Origin: Octopus bimaculoides
Lineage: Eukaryota
DNA length: 45,172 nt
Direction: 5' to 3'
Assembly (NCBI RefSeq): GCF_001194135.2
Contig: NC_068994.1
Location: 42,398,343 to 42,443,514, forward strand
Shown here: in pieces, positions 12,751-24,119 of the stretch
Layout: the number at the start of each line of letters is the position of its first letter
Numbering within the stretch: position 1 is the stretch's first letter
Notes under the pieces: generated by a model
What the model saw: the letters and a program-made list of their open reading frames with translations, nothing else
Told to the model about the DNA's origin: nothing
Databases searched by the model: none
Made by a program: the position numbers and the translations under genes

Positions 12751-12958
12751 AGTAAATCCTCTAAAAACGAAGAACAAACACAAAAGAACAATGTGAGGAC
12801 GTGGTACATGTAAAGTATTAGCAGAGGCTCAGGAAAGGAAAGAAAGATGGTTTTATGTTTTGAGCAAAGCTCTTCTTCAGAAACAGGAGACAAAGGGAAG
12901 TCCAATAGGTAAGGAAGACAGAGGAAAAAAATCGCCAACAATTCACACATGGTTACAT
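12751..12958 (-). mobile_element. Hammerhead-bearing Penelope-like non-autonomous element embedded in (TA)n
   Basis: Reverse complement aligns end to end with 44645-44832; TA runs on both flanks. Confidence 0.65.
12850..12884 (-). ncRNA. Minimal type-I hammerhead ribozyme motif (CpG-decayed)
   Basis: Minus strand GTTT-CTGAAGA-A-GAGC-TTT-GCTC-AAAA-CA-TA-AAAC. The CUGANGA box is intact and stems I and II are perfect; GAAACG has become AAAACA, consistent with two CpG>CpA changes. Confidence 0.55.
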
Positions 12959-12981
12959 TTTATATATATATATATATGTGT

Positions 12982-13394
12982 GCAGGCATAGCTGTGTGTT
13001 AAAAGATTGCTTCCAGCCACACAGTTCCAGGTTCAATACCACTGCATAGCACTTTGGCCAAGTGTCTTCTACTATAGCCTCGGGCCAACCAAAGCCTTGT
13101 GAGTGGATTTGGTAGATAGAAACTGAAAAAAAAGTCTGTCATATATGTGTGTGTTTGTGTGTGTGAGAGTGTGTCTGTATTTGTCGCCTCTCCCCCACCA
13201 CCACAGCTTGACAACTGGTATTGGTGTATTTATACCTCTGTAACTTAGCAGTTCTACCAAAGAAACCGATAAAATAAGTACTAAGCTTACAAAAGAATAA
13301 GTCCTGGGGTCGATTTCTTAAGGTGGTGCTCCAGCATGGCCACAATCAAATGACTGAAACAAATAAAAAAATAGAAAAATAAAAGAATAAAAGA
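12982..13394 (+). mobile_element. tRNA-derived SINE family A (CORE-like CTTTGGCCAAGTG motif, internal (TG)n, A-rich tail)
   Basis: Homologous along its length to 13455-13836, 14287-14708, 28640-29118 and 30135-30495. Confidence 0.9.
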
Positions 13395-13406
13395 ACATAT
13401 GTGTAT

Positions 13407-13454
<48 letters not shown>

Positions 13455-13836
13455 GCAGGTATGGGTTTGCGGTAAGAAGCTATCGGTGCAGACTTAGCTG
13501 TATGGTAAGAAGCTTGCTTCCCAGCCATATGGTTCTGAGTTCAGTGACACTGTGTTGAACCTTGGGCAAGTGTCTTATGAATGGATTTGGCAGACGGAAA
13601 CTGAAAGAAGCCTGTCGTATATATACACATGTATGTGTATATTTATGTGTGTATTTGTATCTATGGTTGTCCACCAGCTATCACTTGGCCACCGATATTG
13701 GTGTGTTAATGTCCCTGTAACTTAGCAGTTTGGCAAAAGCGGCTGATAGAATAAGTACTAGGCTTACAAAGAATAAGTCCAGGGGTCAATTTCTTTCAGG
13801 GAGTGCTCCAGCATGACTGCAGTCAAAAGAAAAGAA
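13455..13836 (+). mobile_element. SINE family A copy with a short duplicated head
   Basis: GCAG...GGTAAGAAGCT occurs twice in tandem (13455 and ~13488); contains ACCTTGGGCAAGT, the CORE-domain motif. Confidence 0.9.
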
Positions 13837-14020
13837 TATATGTGTGTGTGTGTGTGTGTGTGTGTAAGTGCATATTTATATTTATATGTGTATTTACATG
13901 TGTGTGAGTTTTATGTGTATTTATATATGTATTTATATGTATATTTATATGTGTATTTACATGTGTATGCTTGTGTATGAAGAGGTGGGATTCCAATTTC
14001 AAGCTTTGCCTGTTACCTGC

Positions 14021-14099
14021 AGTTATAATTAAAGCAAGAGATGTTTGATTACTGACTAAAATGCCCTATAATCAAACACCTTACACCTTAATTATAACT
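14021..14099 (-). ncRNA. Candidate pre-miRNA-like hairpin
   Basis: Colinear 31-nt arms (14021-14051 / 14069-14099) with perfect 12-bp and 10-bp stems. On the minus strand 29/31 positions pair when G.U is allowed; the spacer is 17 nt. There is no expression evidence. Confidence 0.35.
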
Positions 14100-14286
14100 C
14101 AATTTATGATAATTAAAACTCAGTTATGGTCAATGTACTCAGTGCCATCTCAAAATACTTTTACACCAGTTTACTTGACTGATAGCAGGTTCCACTATTA
14201 CTACATGGTTGTGTGTTCCACAGCAGGAAGGACATGAAACTGTAATGAGGAAAAGATTTTTTGATAATTTTCAAAGTTACATAATA

Positions 14287-14448
14287 GGCGCAGGAGTGGC
14301 TGTGTGGTAAGTAGCTTGCTTACCAACCACATGGCTCCAGGTTCAGTCCCACTGTGTGGCACCTTGAGCAAGTGTCTTCTATTATAGCCTTGAGATGACC
14401 AAAGACTTGTGAGTGGATTTGGTAGACGGAAACTGAAAGAAGGCCATC

Positions 14449-14480
<32 letters not shown>

Positions 14481-14708
14481 GTATATGTTTGTGTCTGTGT
14501 TTTCCTCCCCCCTCCCCAGCATCACTTAACAACCGATGCTGGTGTGTTTACATCCCCATAACTTAGTGGTTCAGCAAAAAAGACCGATAGAATAAGTATT
14601 AGGCTTACAAAGAATAAGTCCTGGGGTTGAATTGTTCGACTAAAGGTGGTGCTCCAGCACGGTCGCAATCAAATGACTGCAAAAAGTGAAAGAATAAAAT
14701 AATAAAAT
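14287..14708 (+). mobile_element. SINE family A, full length, internal (TA)n
   Basis: Head GGCGCAGGAGTGGCTGTGTGGTAAG, CCTTGAGCAAGT motif, shared 3' body and A-rich tail. Confidence 0.92.
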
Positions 14709-14744
14709 ACAGAATCTTTAAAACATTGTTTTTTTTAAGTTTTG

Positions 14745-14878
14745 GTACAAGGCTCGTAGTTTCAAGGGGGTTGGTCGATTACATTGACCCTAGTATTTAA
14801 CTGGTACTTATTTTGTTGACCTTGAAAGGATGAAAGGCAAAGTTGACCTTGGCAGTACTTGAACTCAGAATGTAAAAG
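14745..14878 (-). mobile_element. SINE family B fragment
   Basis: GGATGAAAGGCAAAGTTGACCTTGG...TGAACTCAGAA is shared with other family B copies. Confidence 0.85.
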
Positions 14879-14879
14879 A

Positions 14880-15180
14880 TGGATGCTGATGATGATGAAG
14901 ATGGCGATGATGATTATGACAGTGTGATGATGGGGATGACGGTGGTCATGGAGATGGTGATGATGATGATGATGGGATGGCTGTAATGATGCTGATATAC
15001 AATGTTGGAAAATTATAGAGATAATGATAATATGATGATGATAGTGGTGGTGGTGGTGGTGGTGTTGAAGATAATGATGATGATCATCATCATCATTATC
15101 ATCCTCATCCTCCTCCTCCTCATCATCATCATCATCATCACCACCACCGTCATCATCATTATCTTCATCCTCATCATTGG
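14880..15180. repeat. (GAT/GGT)n tract followed by (ATC)n tract
   Basis: Direct inspection. Confidence 0.9.
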
Positions 15181-16504
15181 CATTGAAATATTTTCATATT
15201 GTTTTCTTTCTATGTTTTTATGCTTTTGTTTAGTCGTAAATAACTAGCATTGAAGATGTTCTTTTGTTATAACTGTTGTTGTTGTTGCTGTTGTTGTAAC
15301 TACTGGGAAAACAATTTTTATGTAATTAACTGCATAGAAGAGGGGGAAAAAAACAATGAAATACGAAACAATGAAAAACTAATAAAGAAAGAAAAGAAAT
15401 AAACAATTTAAAAGAAAATATACACAACCAAGAAAAACAAAAAAAAAATCAAATCAAAAATCTACCGACAACTAGCATGGCTGCATCATTGGGAATCTTC
15501 TTGGAAGTAAACACAGCAATGAGTAAATATTAGATGATTTAATTCAGTTAACCAAGAATATATCAGGGCAATATTCAGATTTATTATCACCTAGATGCCA
15601 AAGCTACTCCTCTCTCTTCTGCTGTAACCTCTGATAGAAATCACCAAAGAATGGTTGGAGGCGATCATCATATGTCAACAGACACTGCCGTTGACAAAAT
15701 TCCATCTCACAGAATGGCCTGATAATTCTGTTATCACTGACGTTTGTATATGCGTTAGTTTGTCACCTGTGTATATGTGTGTGTGTGTTTGTGTGTGCGT
15801 GTTTGTTTATTATTTATTCTTGGTATAGTGGTGAGGGAAAATACTTATAAGATAGTGAAAGTGAAAGTAGAAGGATGTCAGAAGGTAAAGCTGAACTGCA
15901 GTCATTGGAAGGACACATCCCTGCTCCCCCACACACACACACATCTGCACATAATCACACAGACATACACATGCAAAAATGCAAAATGTTCTGACAGATG
16001 AATGTGCCTGTATTCGCATACTTGCATACATAGTAATTCATTTTGCATGTGATAAATGCATGTTGGTATATGCATGTGCGTACATGAGTGTGTGGATGGG
16101 CATATTTCTCTTGAAAACTGACGTTGATATGTGTGTAAGCTCATCCTCATATATATTCATATTTGGATATAAAAGCTCACATATTTAATGTTCATATACA
16201 CAAGCTAAAGCACATTGACAGCTATACACCCATGCACATACACACATATACACACATGCTCGCTTGCACAGTTGAGTGTGCATGTATGTATATACTTGCA
16301 TACAGTTATTCCTTTCGCATGTGTGAAATGCATGTCTGTATTTATGTATATGCATGTGTATATAGATGTCTGTGTGTGTGTATTTCTCTTGAAAACAAAC
16401 ATTTATATGCATGTGAGTTCATTCGCATATACACTAACATACGCTTATATACTAACATTTAGATATAAATATTCACTTATTTAAAAATTTATATAGACAA
16501 ACTA

Positions 16505-16710
16505 ATCATCATCATCATTTAGGTCCGTTGTCCATGCTGGTATGGGTTGGGCAGTTTGACCAGGGCTGGTAAGCTGGAAGGCTGCACAGACTCCAGTCTG
16601 ATATGGCATGATTTCTATGTATGGATGCCCTCCCTAATGCCAACCACTCTGAGAGTGCAATGGGTGCTTTCACATGCCTCCAGTATGGGTGCCATTTGTA
16701 TGACACCAGA
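16505..16710 (-). mobile_element. SINE/LINE-tail family C ((GAT)n-tailed)
   Basis: Reverse complement contains GTGGTTGGCATTAGGGAGGGCATCCA...CCATACCAGCATGGACAACGGACC-(ATG)n; homologous to 27860-28087 and 35085-35300. Confidence 0.85.
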
Positions 16711-16714
16711 ATGA

Positions 16715-17219
16715 ACAGGACGTCCAGTTGAGTTTTATGATAAGCTCCTGAGACATTACTTGAAGAAAATCTTGCATTATAAGTTGAAGAATTGGCAATA
16801 AAGCTTAGTTCAAACCATACAACTGTTTATCGTCATCTTCAACAACTTGGAAAGTTTCCTAAATTTGGAAAATGGGTACCTCATGAATTGTCCGAAAGCA
16901 ACTGCAAACCCTAGTTGACATCTGCTCATCTCTCCATTCTCATGAACTCATTTCACCCTTTTTGGATAGACTTGTGACTGGTAATGAAAAATGGATCATC
17001 TATTGAAATGTTAAACATCATAAACAGTGGCTTAGTAAAAGTGAAAAAGCTCAACCACAACCAAGAAGGGAACTTCATGGGAAAAGGTTTCTTCTCTCTA
17101 CCTGTTGGGATTGCAAAGGAGTAATTCATTTTGAATTGTTACCACCTAATGCAACAATCAATGCCCAAGTCTACTGTCAGCAATTAGAGCATTTGAACCA
17201 AGCTTTGAAGAATATATGA
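16715..17219 (+). pseudogene. Mariner (Tc1/mariner) transposase fragment with stops and frameshifts
   Basis: Translation gives GRPVEF...VEELAIKLSSNHTTVYRHLQQLGK...GKWVPHELSES, LDRLVTGNEKWI (first catalytic D motif, D>N), WDCKGVIHFELLPPNATINAQVYCQQL. WVPHEL is diagnostic of mariner. Confidence 0.93.
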
Positions 17220-17474
17220 GTGGATGGAGGTGCTTCAAAGTTTCTGGCATTGGGTAAAAGAAAATATCAGTAATTATGATTTTACTCAACATGTTCCCTG
17301 CTCAGATTCACACACTTATTGCAGTGGTCCTTCAGCTTTTCTAAGCTCTGAAAAAGAACTTGGAAGGTTGGGCCTCCAACCAAACCATTTGCAATAACCT
17401 TAAAGCCAGAAACTGTTCAGCACCCACTCGTATATGTGTGTATATATACATGTATATATATATACACAAAAATA

Positions 17475-17514
<40 letters not shown>

Positions 17515-17569
17515 TGTATGTATGTATGTATGTATGTGTTTCTGTGTGCATATCTTTATATCTGTTTTT

Positions 17570-17757
17570 GTCCCTCACTACCATTTGACAACTACGGTTG
17601 ATATATTCACATCCTCTTAATCTAGATGTCTGGCAAAAGAGATAGTAAAATAAGTACCAGACTTTGCGAGAAATAATATGTACCGGAGTCAATTCATTCT
17701 ACCAGCTTGGTCACAGTCTAATGACTGAAACAAGTAAAAGAAAAGAAAACAATAAAG
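17570..17757 (+). mobile_element. SINE family A 3' half (degenerate), preceded by (TG)n
   Basis: GGCAAAAGAGA...AATAAGTACCAG...TAATGACTGAAACAAGTAAAAG tail. Confidence 0.75.
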
Positions 17758-17841
17758 AAATGTTTGTGTGTACGTGTGTGTGTGTTCATGTATGCATGTA
17801 ATATATATATGTATATATCTATCTATCTATCAATCTATCTA

Positions 17842-18114
17842 CTGGGTTGTCCGGAAAGTTCGTGCTGATTTTTAAAGGAAAGAAAAAGGTCAATAAATAC
17901 TTGCCATTACATTTTTAATCAACCAAATATGAACCATTTTGTTGCACAATGCGTCTTCATCTTTCCTTTAACTTGAAAATATCCTCTTCCCAGAATTGAG
18001 GTGGTTTTGTGGNNNNNNNNNNAATATCCTCTTCCCAGAATTGAGGTGGTTTTGTGGCAAATAAGTCGAAAGGTAAGCTACTATAAATCGGCACGAACTG
18101 TCTGGGCAACTCAA
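17842..18114 (-). mobile_element. Mariner-derived MITE with ~30-bp TIRs and TA target duplication
   Basis: Left TA|CTGGGTTGTCCGGAAAGTTCGTGCTGATTT matches the reverse complement of right AAATCGGCACGAACTGTCTGGGCAACTCAA|TA. The minus strand retains the transposase C-terminus FWEEDIFKLKER*RRIVQQNGSYLVD*. A 35-bp duplication across the 10-N gap is probably artefactual. Confidence 0.9.
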
Positions 18115-18120
18115 TATGTG

Positions 18121-18189
<69 letters not shown>

Positions 18190-18637
18190 GGGAATTTTAC
18201 AGTTACATTTTTGACATTCTCTTTGCCTTGATATAGTGAAGAATTAAAAAAAAATTCAAGTTACTGTCTCCTCCTACCTGCATTGTCTACCTATTTCAAG
18301 CACCCATTATTTTGCTTTCTTGTTTTGAATTTTTATTTCCATTGACAAAATTTCTCTTAAAATAATTTCTTTCTTCCTTTTTGTTATAGCAGCTAATCTT
18401 TTAATTTTAGTTTCAATTTCAGTTTGATTTTATTCCATTGTTGTTTGTATTTTAATATCTCAATCAACTTTTTCTGAGTTTCATGTTCATATATGCATAA
18501 TTTTTACATTTTATATATAAGCAAATTTATANNNNNNNNNNNNNNNNNNNNNNNNNNNNNNNNNNNNNNNNNNNNNNNNNNNNNNNNNNNNNNNNNNNNN
18601 NNNNNNNNNNNNNNNNNNNNNNNNNNNNNNNNNNNNN

Positions 18638-18680
<43 letters not shown>

Positions 18681-19329
18681 TGTACATATATGTATGTGTG
18701 TATATATACATATATACAGATACATATATATATATACACACATGCATATGTATATATATATATATATATATACATTATATGTATATATGTGTTTGTATAT
18801 GTGTGTATGTATGCATATATGTATGTGTGTGTGTTGCATGTATGCATGTGTGTGTATATGCATATATGAATGCTTTTATACCTCCATACATTTTTATGCC
18901 TTTCACATTAGCTTTATTAAGTACTTCACTGAGAATTCCTTCCATGTGTAATAAACATTTTTATACTGATACTTTGCTTCTTCACACTAATGTTATTTTC
19001 TCCCCTTTCTCCCCTCCTCTCTCACACTCTCTTCTTCTTCTAATTATTATTATTATTATTATTATGGCTGTCATTCTGTGAAGTCACAGAAATTTGGTGC
19101 TCTGTAAGTTGAAAAAGTGTTTGTAATCTTCTCGGCCTTCTAAGGCCCTATCTTTTCATTTCTGTTGTTACCATTACATTTCTGAGATTGTCTGGACTGT
19201 CCAGATAGTACTTTTGTGTAGAAACACTCCCTGATTTGCAGAGGGTGCACTTCAATAATTTTTTTTTTTAACTCCTTTCAGGAAAAATAAATATTTTGCA
19301 ATTTTCTGTAATTATTTAAACATGGCTGA

Positions 19330-20515
19330 TATTTGGATAGAATATTTGTTAGGTCAAAGGATAGGGATGGCATAGGTTGTCCACAATTTAAATTGGTCAG
19401 CTACACAGATCACAAATTTGTGATATGCTCAGTTGATTTAGATTAGGACCTCTAGACAGGGACCTAATTACTGGAAGTTGAATGTGTCCTCACTGGCTCG
19501 CAAAGACTACAGGGACCAGATTAGTGAACTACTTCAATGGTATATGACAGGGGCTGTTGTCAACAACTGGTGATGGATTGCTCTGAAGATAGCCATTAGA
19601 GTAGAATAAATAGCATTTAGCAATAGAAAGAAATAGATTAGAGAGAGAACTAGTTAGCAAACTAGAAGTGGCTATTAGTAAAAGTATTGCAACTAATGTG
19701 TTAGTGACAAGAATGACTCTTGACCATTTCTTTGAGGCAAAACATGAAGAGTGCATTGTCAGAGCTAAAACACAAAGGAACTGTCTGATTGATCTGAGTG
19801 ATAGTGATGCAACGTGGAAACAAAACCACAATCACGTATTTGATGGATCAGGACGGACACATGCTACTCGGTTCTGAGTGTGTGGTTTCCCAACAGCACT
19901 TTGCAAGGCTGTTTGGGGAGGGTGATGGATCAACGATGGTAACGAATTTTGCTTCATACCTAGATTGCCTACTATGGCTCTCGGTGACACACAAGAGATT
20001 GTGTGTAAAGCCGATTACAGCCTCTGGAATACGGGAAGCAATGAGCGATTGCACAAGTTGCAAGTCACCCGGTTTGGATGGTCTGCCCTTCGAATTCTAT
20101 GTTTTCATGCCAGATTTGTTTGGCAGCCTTTTGGCAGATGTCTACAGTAACTGGCAGCAGAACAGGAGAATTCCAAGTGTTGTTAGCTGTGGTGTGGTAA
20201 CACTGCTGAGAAAGGACGCTGACAATGGGGACGTGTTAGGGGATTTTTGGCCTATAACACAGCTAAACACTGAGTTTAAGATTTTGGTCAAGGTGTTTTA
20301 TTAAAAAGATTGGTGTTCGTTGTTGGTAGTCTGGTTGGGGAGGCACAAACGTGTGCAACCCCAAGCAGATCTATTCACAACAACCTCCACCTTATTCAGT
20401 ACATCGTAGAGAGGGCTGGGATTAAAGCTGGTATTGGTGGGGCCCTGATCAGTTGAAAGCTTTCGATAGGGTAGACCATTGCTACTTGGAAGCCGTCCTT
20501 AAAGTAGTCAGTTCA
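19330..20515 (+). pseudogene. L1/Tx1-clade LINE ORF2 fragment (end of APE endonuclease, linker, N-terminal RT)
   Basis: YLDRIFV...YTDHKFV (APE C-terminus), GPNYWKLNVS, ECIVRAK, SPGLDGLPFEFY, FWPITQLNTEFKIL, KAFDRVDH (RT domains); multiple stops and frameshifts. Confidence 0.9.
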
Positions 20516-21084
20516 GACCTGTTTTTTGTGATCACCCTAAGATAAGAAAAAATAAATTAGAAGCAAGGATTCATAAAGTTTCAGTTTAAAAATATAAATA
20601 AGGACAGGAAAAGCAAGGATTAGTAAAGTTACAGTTTTTAAATGCAAATAAAAACCAAGATTAGTATTAGGAATGAGATATCCAGTCATACTAAAAATAC
20701 TGCCTAATCAAGTATCCTCAAACTCATGCCAGCATGGTAAAAGCAGATGTAAAAAATTATGATCATCATCATCATAATGATGATGATGATGATGGTTTTG
20801 TGTATGTGTGTCGGTGAGTAAGTATGCATGTTCAGGAATATAATCAAATGAAAGAGTACTCAAAACAGGTAGCAGAGTTTTCTCATTCTTTGAAAGCTGA
20901 TCCTTCCATCTGACACTACTCAGAGTAACTGGCTATATGCAATACTTATGTCTATATGAATATCCTGAGTAAGTACAGCTAATATATAACTATTTCCTTA
21001 ATTTGTATTTCTCTCATTTCATTTACCATAATTATAAACAACTCATAGAAATATGAACCATTTAAATGATTCTACTTCAACTGT

Positions 21085-21310
21085 GCTAGCGTGAGCTCAC
21101 TAGGAATGTATGTTATATACTTTGCTATATTTATTCCCAAACACTAAGATGGTGAGTGGTATATCCTCGAGTCTAAATACTGCTAAGGTAGGCTTTACTA
21201 TTCATCCTTATGGGGTTCAATGAAATAAGTTCAGGGTAAGTACTGAGGTTGGTTTAATCAACTTAATCGTTCCTCTGATAATTGCAGGCCTTGTACCAAA
21301 GTTAGAAATA
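21085..21310 (+). mobile_element. Degenerate SINE family B
   Basis: CTTTACTATTCATCCTTATGGGGTTCAATGAAATAAG...GCAGGCCTTGTACCAAAGTTAGAAA. Confidence 0.7.
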
Positions 21311-23554
21311 ATTATTCCCATAGAGTTTATCTCTATATCTCTTGTGATGAGAATATTTCTCTTCCCCCTCCCCACTTCCTTTTTATAACTGATTAAACAC
21401 TCCTGTGCATCTCAGAGGTAGCATATAAGAGGGGAAAATAAACAATGGCTAGTTATTACATCAGAGGCATAGACTCTCTCACCTGATAGCATTTTATGTT
21501 CAAAAAGACTATTTTGATTGAAATTGTTTGGAGATAACCATATATGACATCAGCTACTATTCAAAATTACAGAAATAATGCTCTGACTATACCGAGCCTT
21601 ATCGTGTAAAAGAAACTGTGTAAAAGACATGACTTTTCATGTCATTGAGGATATAATTGGATGCAATACTAGATTTAACGAAGCTACTGATCTTTCTATG
21701 AATACACAAATAATGCTATAAACACGTAGAGCACTTCTGAGTCACAGAAGCTTCCCAGATGACATGCAGATCCCATGTCAATGAAGAACTAGCTAAATAC
21801 AATATTAAATTTTGTGCAGCTACTAAATGTGCCATGGAGAGAATCCAGTGGCAAAAATGCATTAGCTGTGTTGAGTGTGAGGTTTTTACACTGGGGACTG
21901 GTTAATCTTTAGGAAATGGAAGAAGAAATGACAGGGAACATGAACTCAAGTCATAAATGTCTTGATGCTGCTAATGAAATAATTACGTCCAAGTTTGCTA
22001 TAAAACCTGCTATTTTGACAGATATCCATTTTAACAGAATATCATCTTGTATAGACTGGTATACAAGGCTATAATATTTACTGTCGTAATACAGTCAATG
22101 AGTCTGGAGTTACTCAGTTTCTTCGAATTTCACCATTTAAATTAGAACAACAGTTTTGGTTGGAATCTCACACACAATAAATATTGTTGGGAATCTTGAA
22201 TATTTCCTAAATTCTGTTTGCCACTTCAAATTGGTGAGTTTTCCAAGAGAGAGACAAGATAACTTTCAGAGCTGGTCTTAATTAGATGTGTCTTTAGAAA
22301 ATAATTGGCTGAAACTGAAGTAACCTAGTAATTGGACAACTGCTCAGGAATATAATCCAGTTGTTTGGTAAATTTAGCAATTGATATTTTCCAGGATCGA
22401 CTAATTAGATCTCATGGGTGAGACTATGAGGCTATTGATTTGTGATATATAATGATTTGTCTTTATGTGTGTTTATAAGTGCTTCTGTGTGTTTGTGTGT
22501 ATGTGTGTGAGGATGTGTATGTGTTTGAGCATGCATGTATCTGTTTGCAGATGAATGTGTGTGTGTGTGTGTGTGTTTGTGTGTGTGTGTATGTAGATGT
22601 GTGTGTATGTAGATGTGTGTGCATATATGTGTCTTTTGTTGCAACGAAGCATATGTAGTTTATGAAAGAGGTTGTTATACAATTTCTGTGAGTAAGCGGA
22701 ATGTATACATATATGCCTGTGTGATCTTATTTATGTATGTGTGGGTAATTGTACTGTTATGTATGTGAGTGGGCATACATGTGTGAGTGTACAAGGGGGG
22801 TGAGTGTATGCATAAGTGCATGCACGAGAGTGTGTTTTTAAATGTGTTTGTGTGTGTGTGGGTGGGGTGTCCATGTAATGTGTGTCTTTGAATTAATAGG
22901 TACTTTCTTATTGATGGAGCAACTGATCTAAAACACACCCTTTCAAATTATTATCTATTCATAGGCACATTCACACACGATATACCGATACATACATACA
23001 TGCATTATACATCCACACGTACACACATGTATGTATGTGTGTGTATATGTGTTTGTGTGTCTTTGTATCTTACAAGTATAAGTATATCTCAACATAAATT
23101 GAAGTTGTCTATTTGTGTATGTGCACATACATGAATCCATACACATGCATATAGATAGAAATGTGTGGGTATGCATGGGTGTCACTTAGTGGGTTGGAAG
23201 TTGCACTCACGATCATGAGATCAAGGTTTCAATTCCTAGACCAGGAACTTTTCAGCACTCACTCTTTTATATAAACATATGACAGGCTTAAACTCCATAC
23301 ACAAGTCCACATGAGGTTATAGAAGGAGACACCAATGTGCAGTATGGAAGAAAGATCATGTCCCCAAAATATGTTTGTGAAGTTTTCTTCTTAGCTGCAC
23401 AGCCATGACTCTACCTATATATAAATCACATATATAGAAATGAAATGCTGAAATAGACAAGACATATTTATATATATATTGGAAGTAATGGTGTCAGTAA
23501 GACCCAAAAGTGTCAGGTAATGCTGAGTAAGTGCTATGGATAGACCATAGCTAA

Positions 23555-23835
23555 CTATTGCTTAACCATTTTCTCACACCGTCTCCGATGAAGAGATCTA
23601 ATAAATATCCTGGAAACAGCTGTAAGACCTATAAATGTTCTAAAATCTTCACAGCCTTGGTTTTTTATTTCATTCTGAAAAAAAAAATGTTTGTATATAT
23701 ATATAACGCACAGAACATGAGTTAATATCCATTGTTGGTATCTTATTATATGAATATATTGAATACTGAACTGCCGAAGACTCACTTTCTGATCAATGAG
23801 GAATTCATACAAAACTATTTGAAGAGAAAAATCTT
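23555..23835 (-). CDS. Candidate host-gene exon pair: exon 23786-23814 (or -23835), 111-nt intron 23675-23785, exon from 23674 to stop 23555-23557 or an internal donor
   Basis: AAA|GTGAGT donor and T10-CAG acceptor, both phase 0. Joined peptide (EDFSLQIV)LYEFLIDQK-NEIKNQGCEDFRTFIGLTAVSRIFIRSLHRRRCEKM. The protein is not recognised. Confidence 0.35.
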
Positions 23836-24119
23836 CTAGAATCCAAGAGAACCAATTTGATTGTCAGATTTGACAATAATCAGTCTTAAGACTGCTTTAG
23901 ACATAACCTTGATTGATAACCTATTCATACCAATATTTACTTGTATTTCGTTTAGCACTTCAGGATCCATAGCTATACATTCACTTTCTTTCCATCACTT
24001 GCTCCATTCCTGTCTTTTCATATCTCTCTGTACATGGACATAAGATGAGATAATGAGGAAGAGATATTTATGTTCATTTATAATTGGCTTTTCTTTTTCT
24101 TTTTCCAAATAATATGAAG

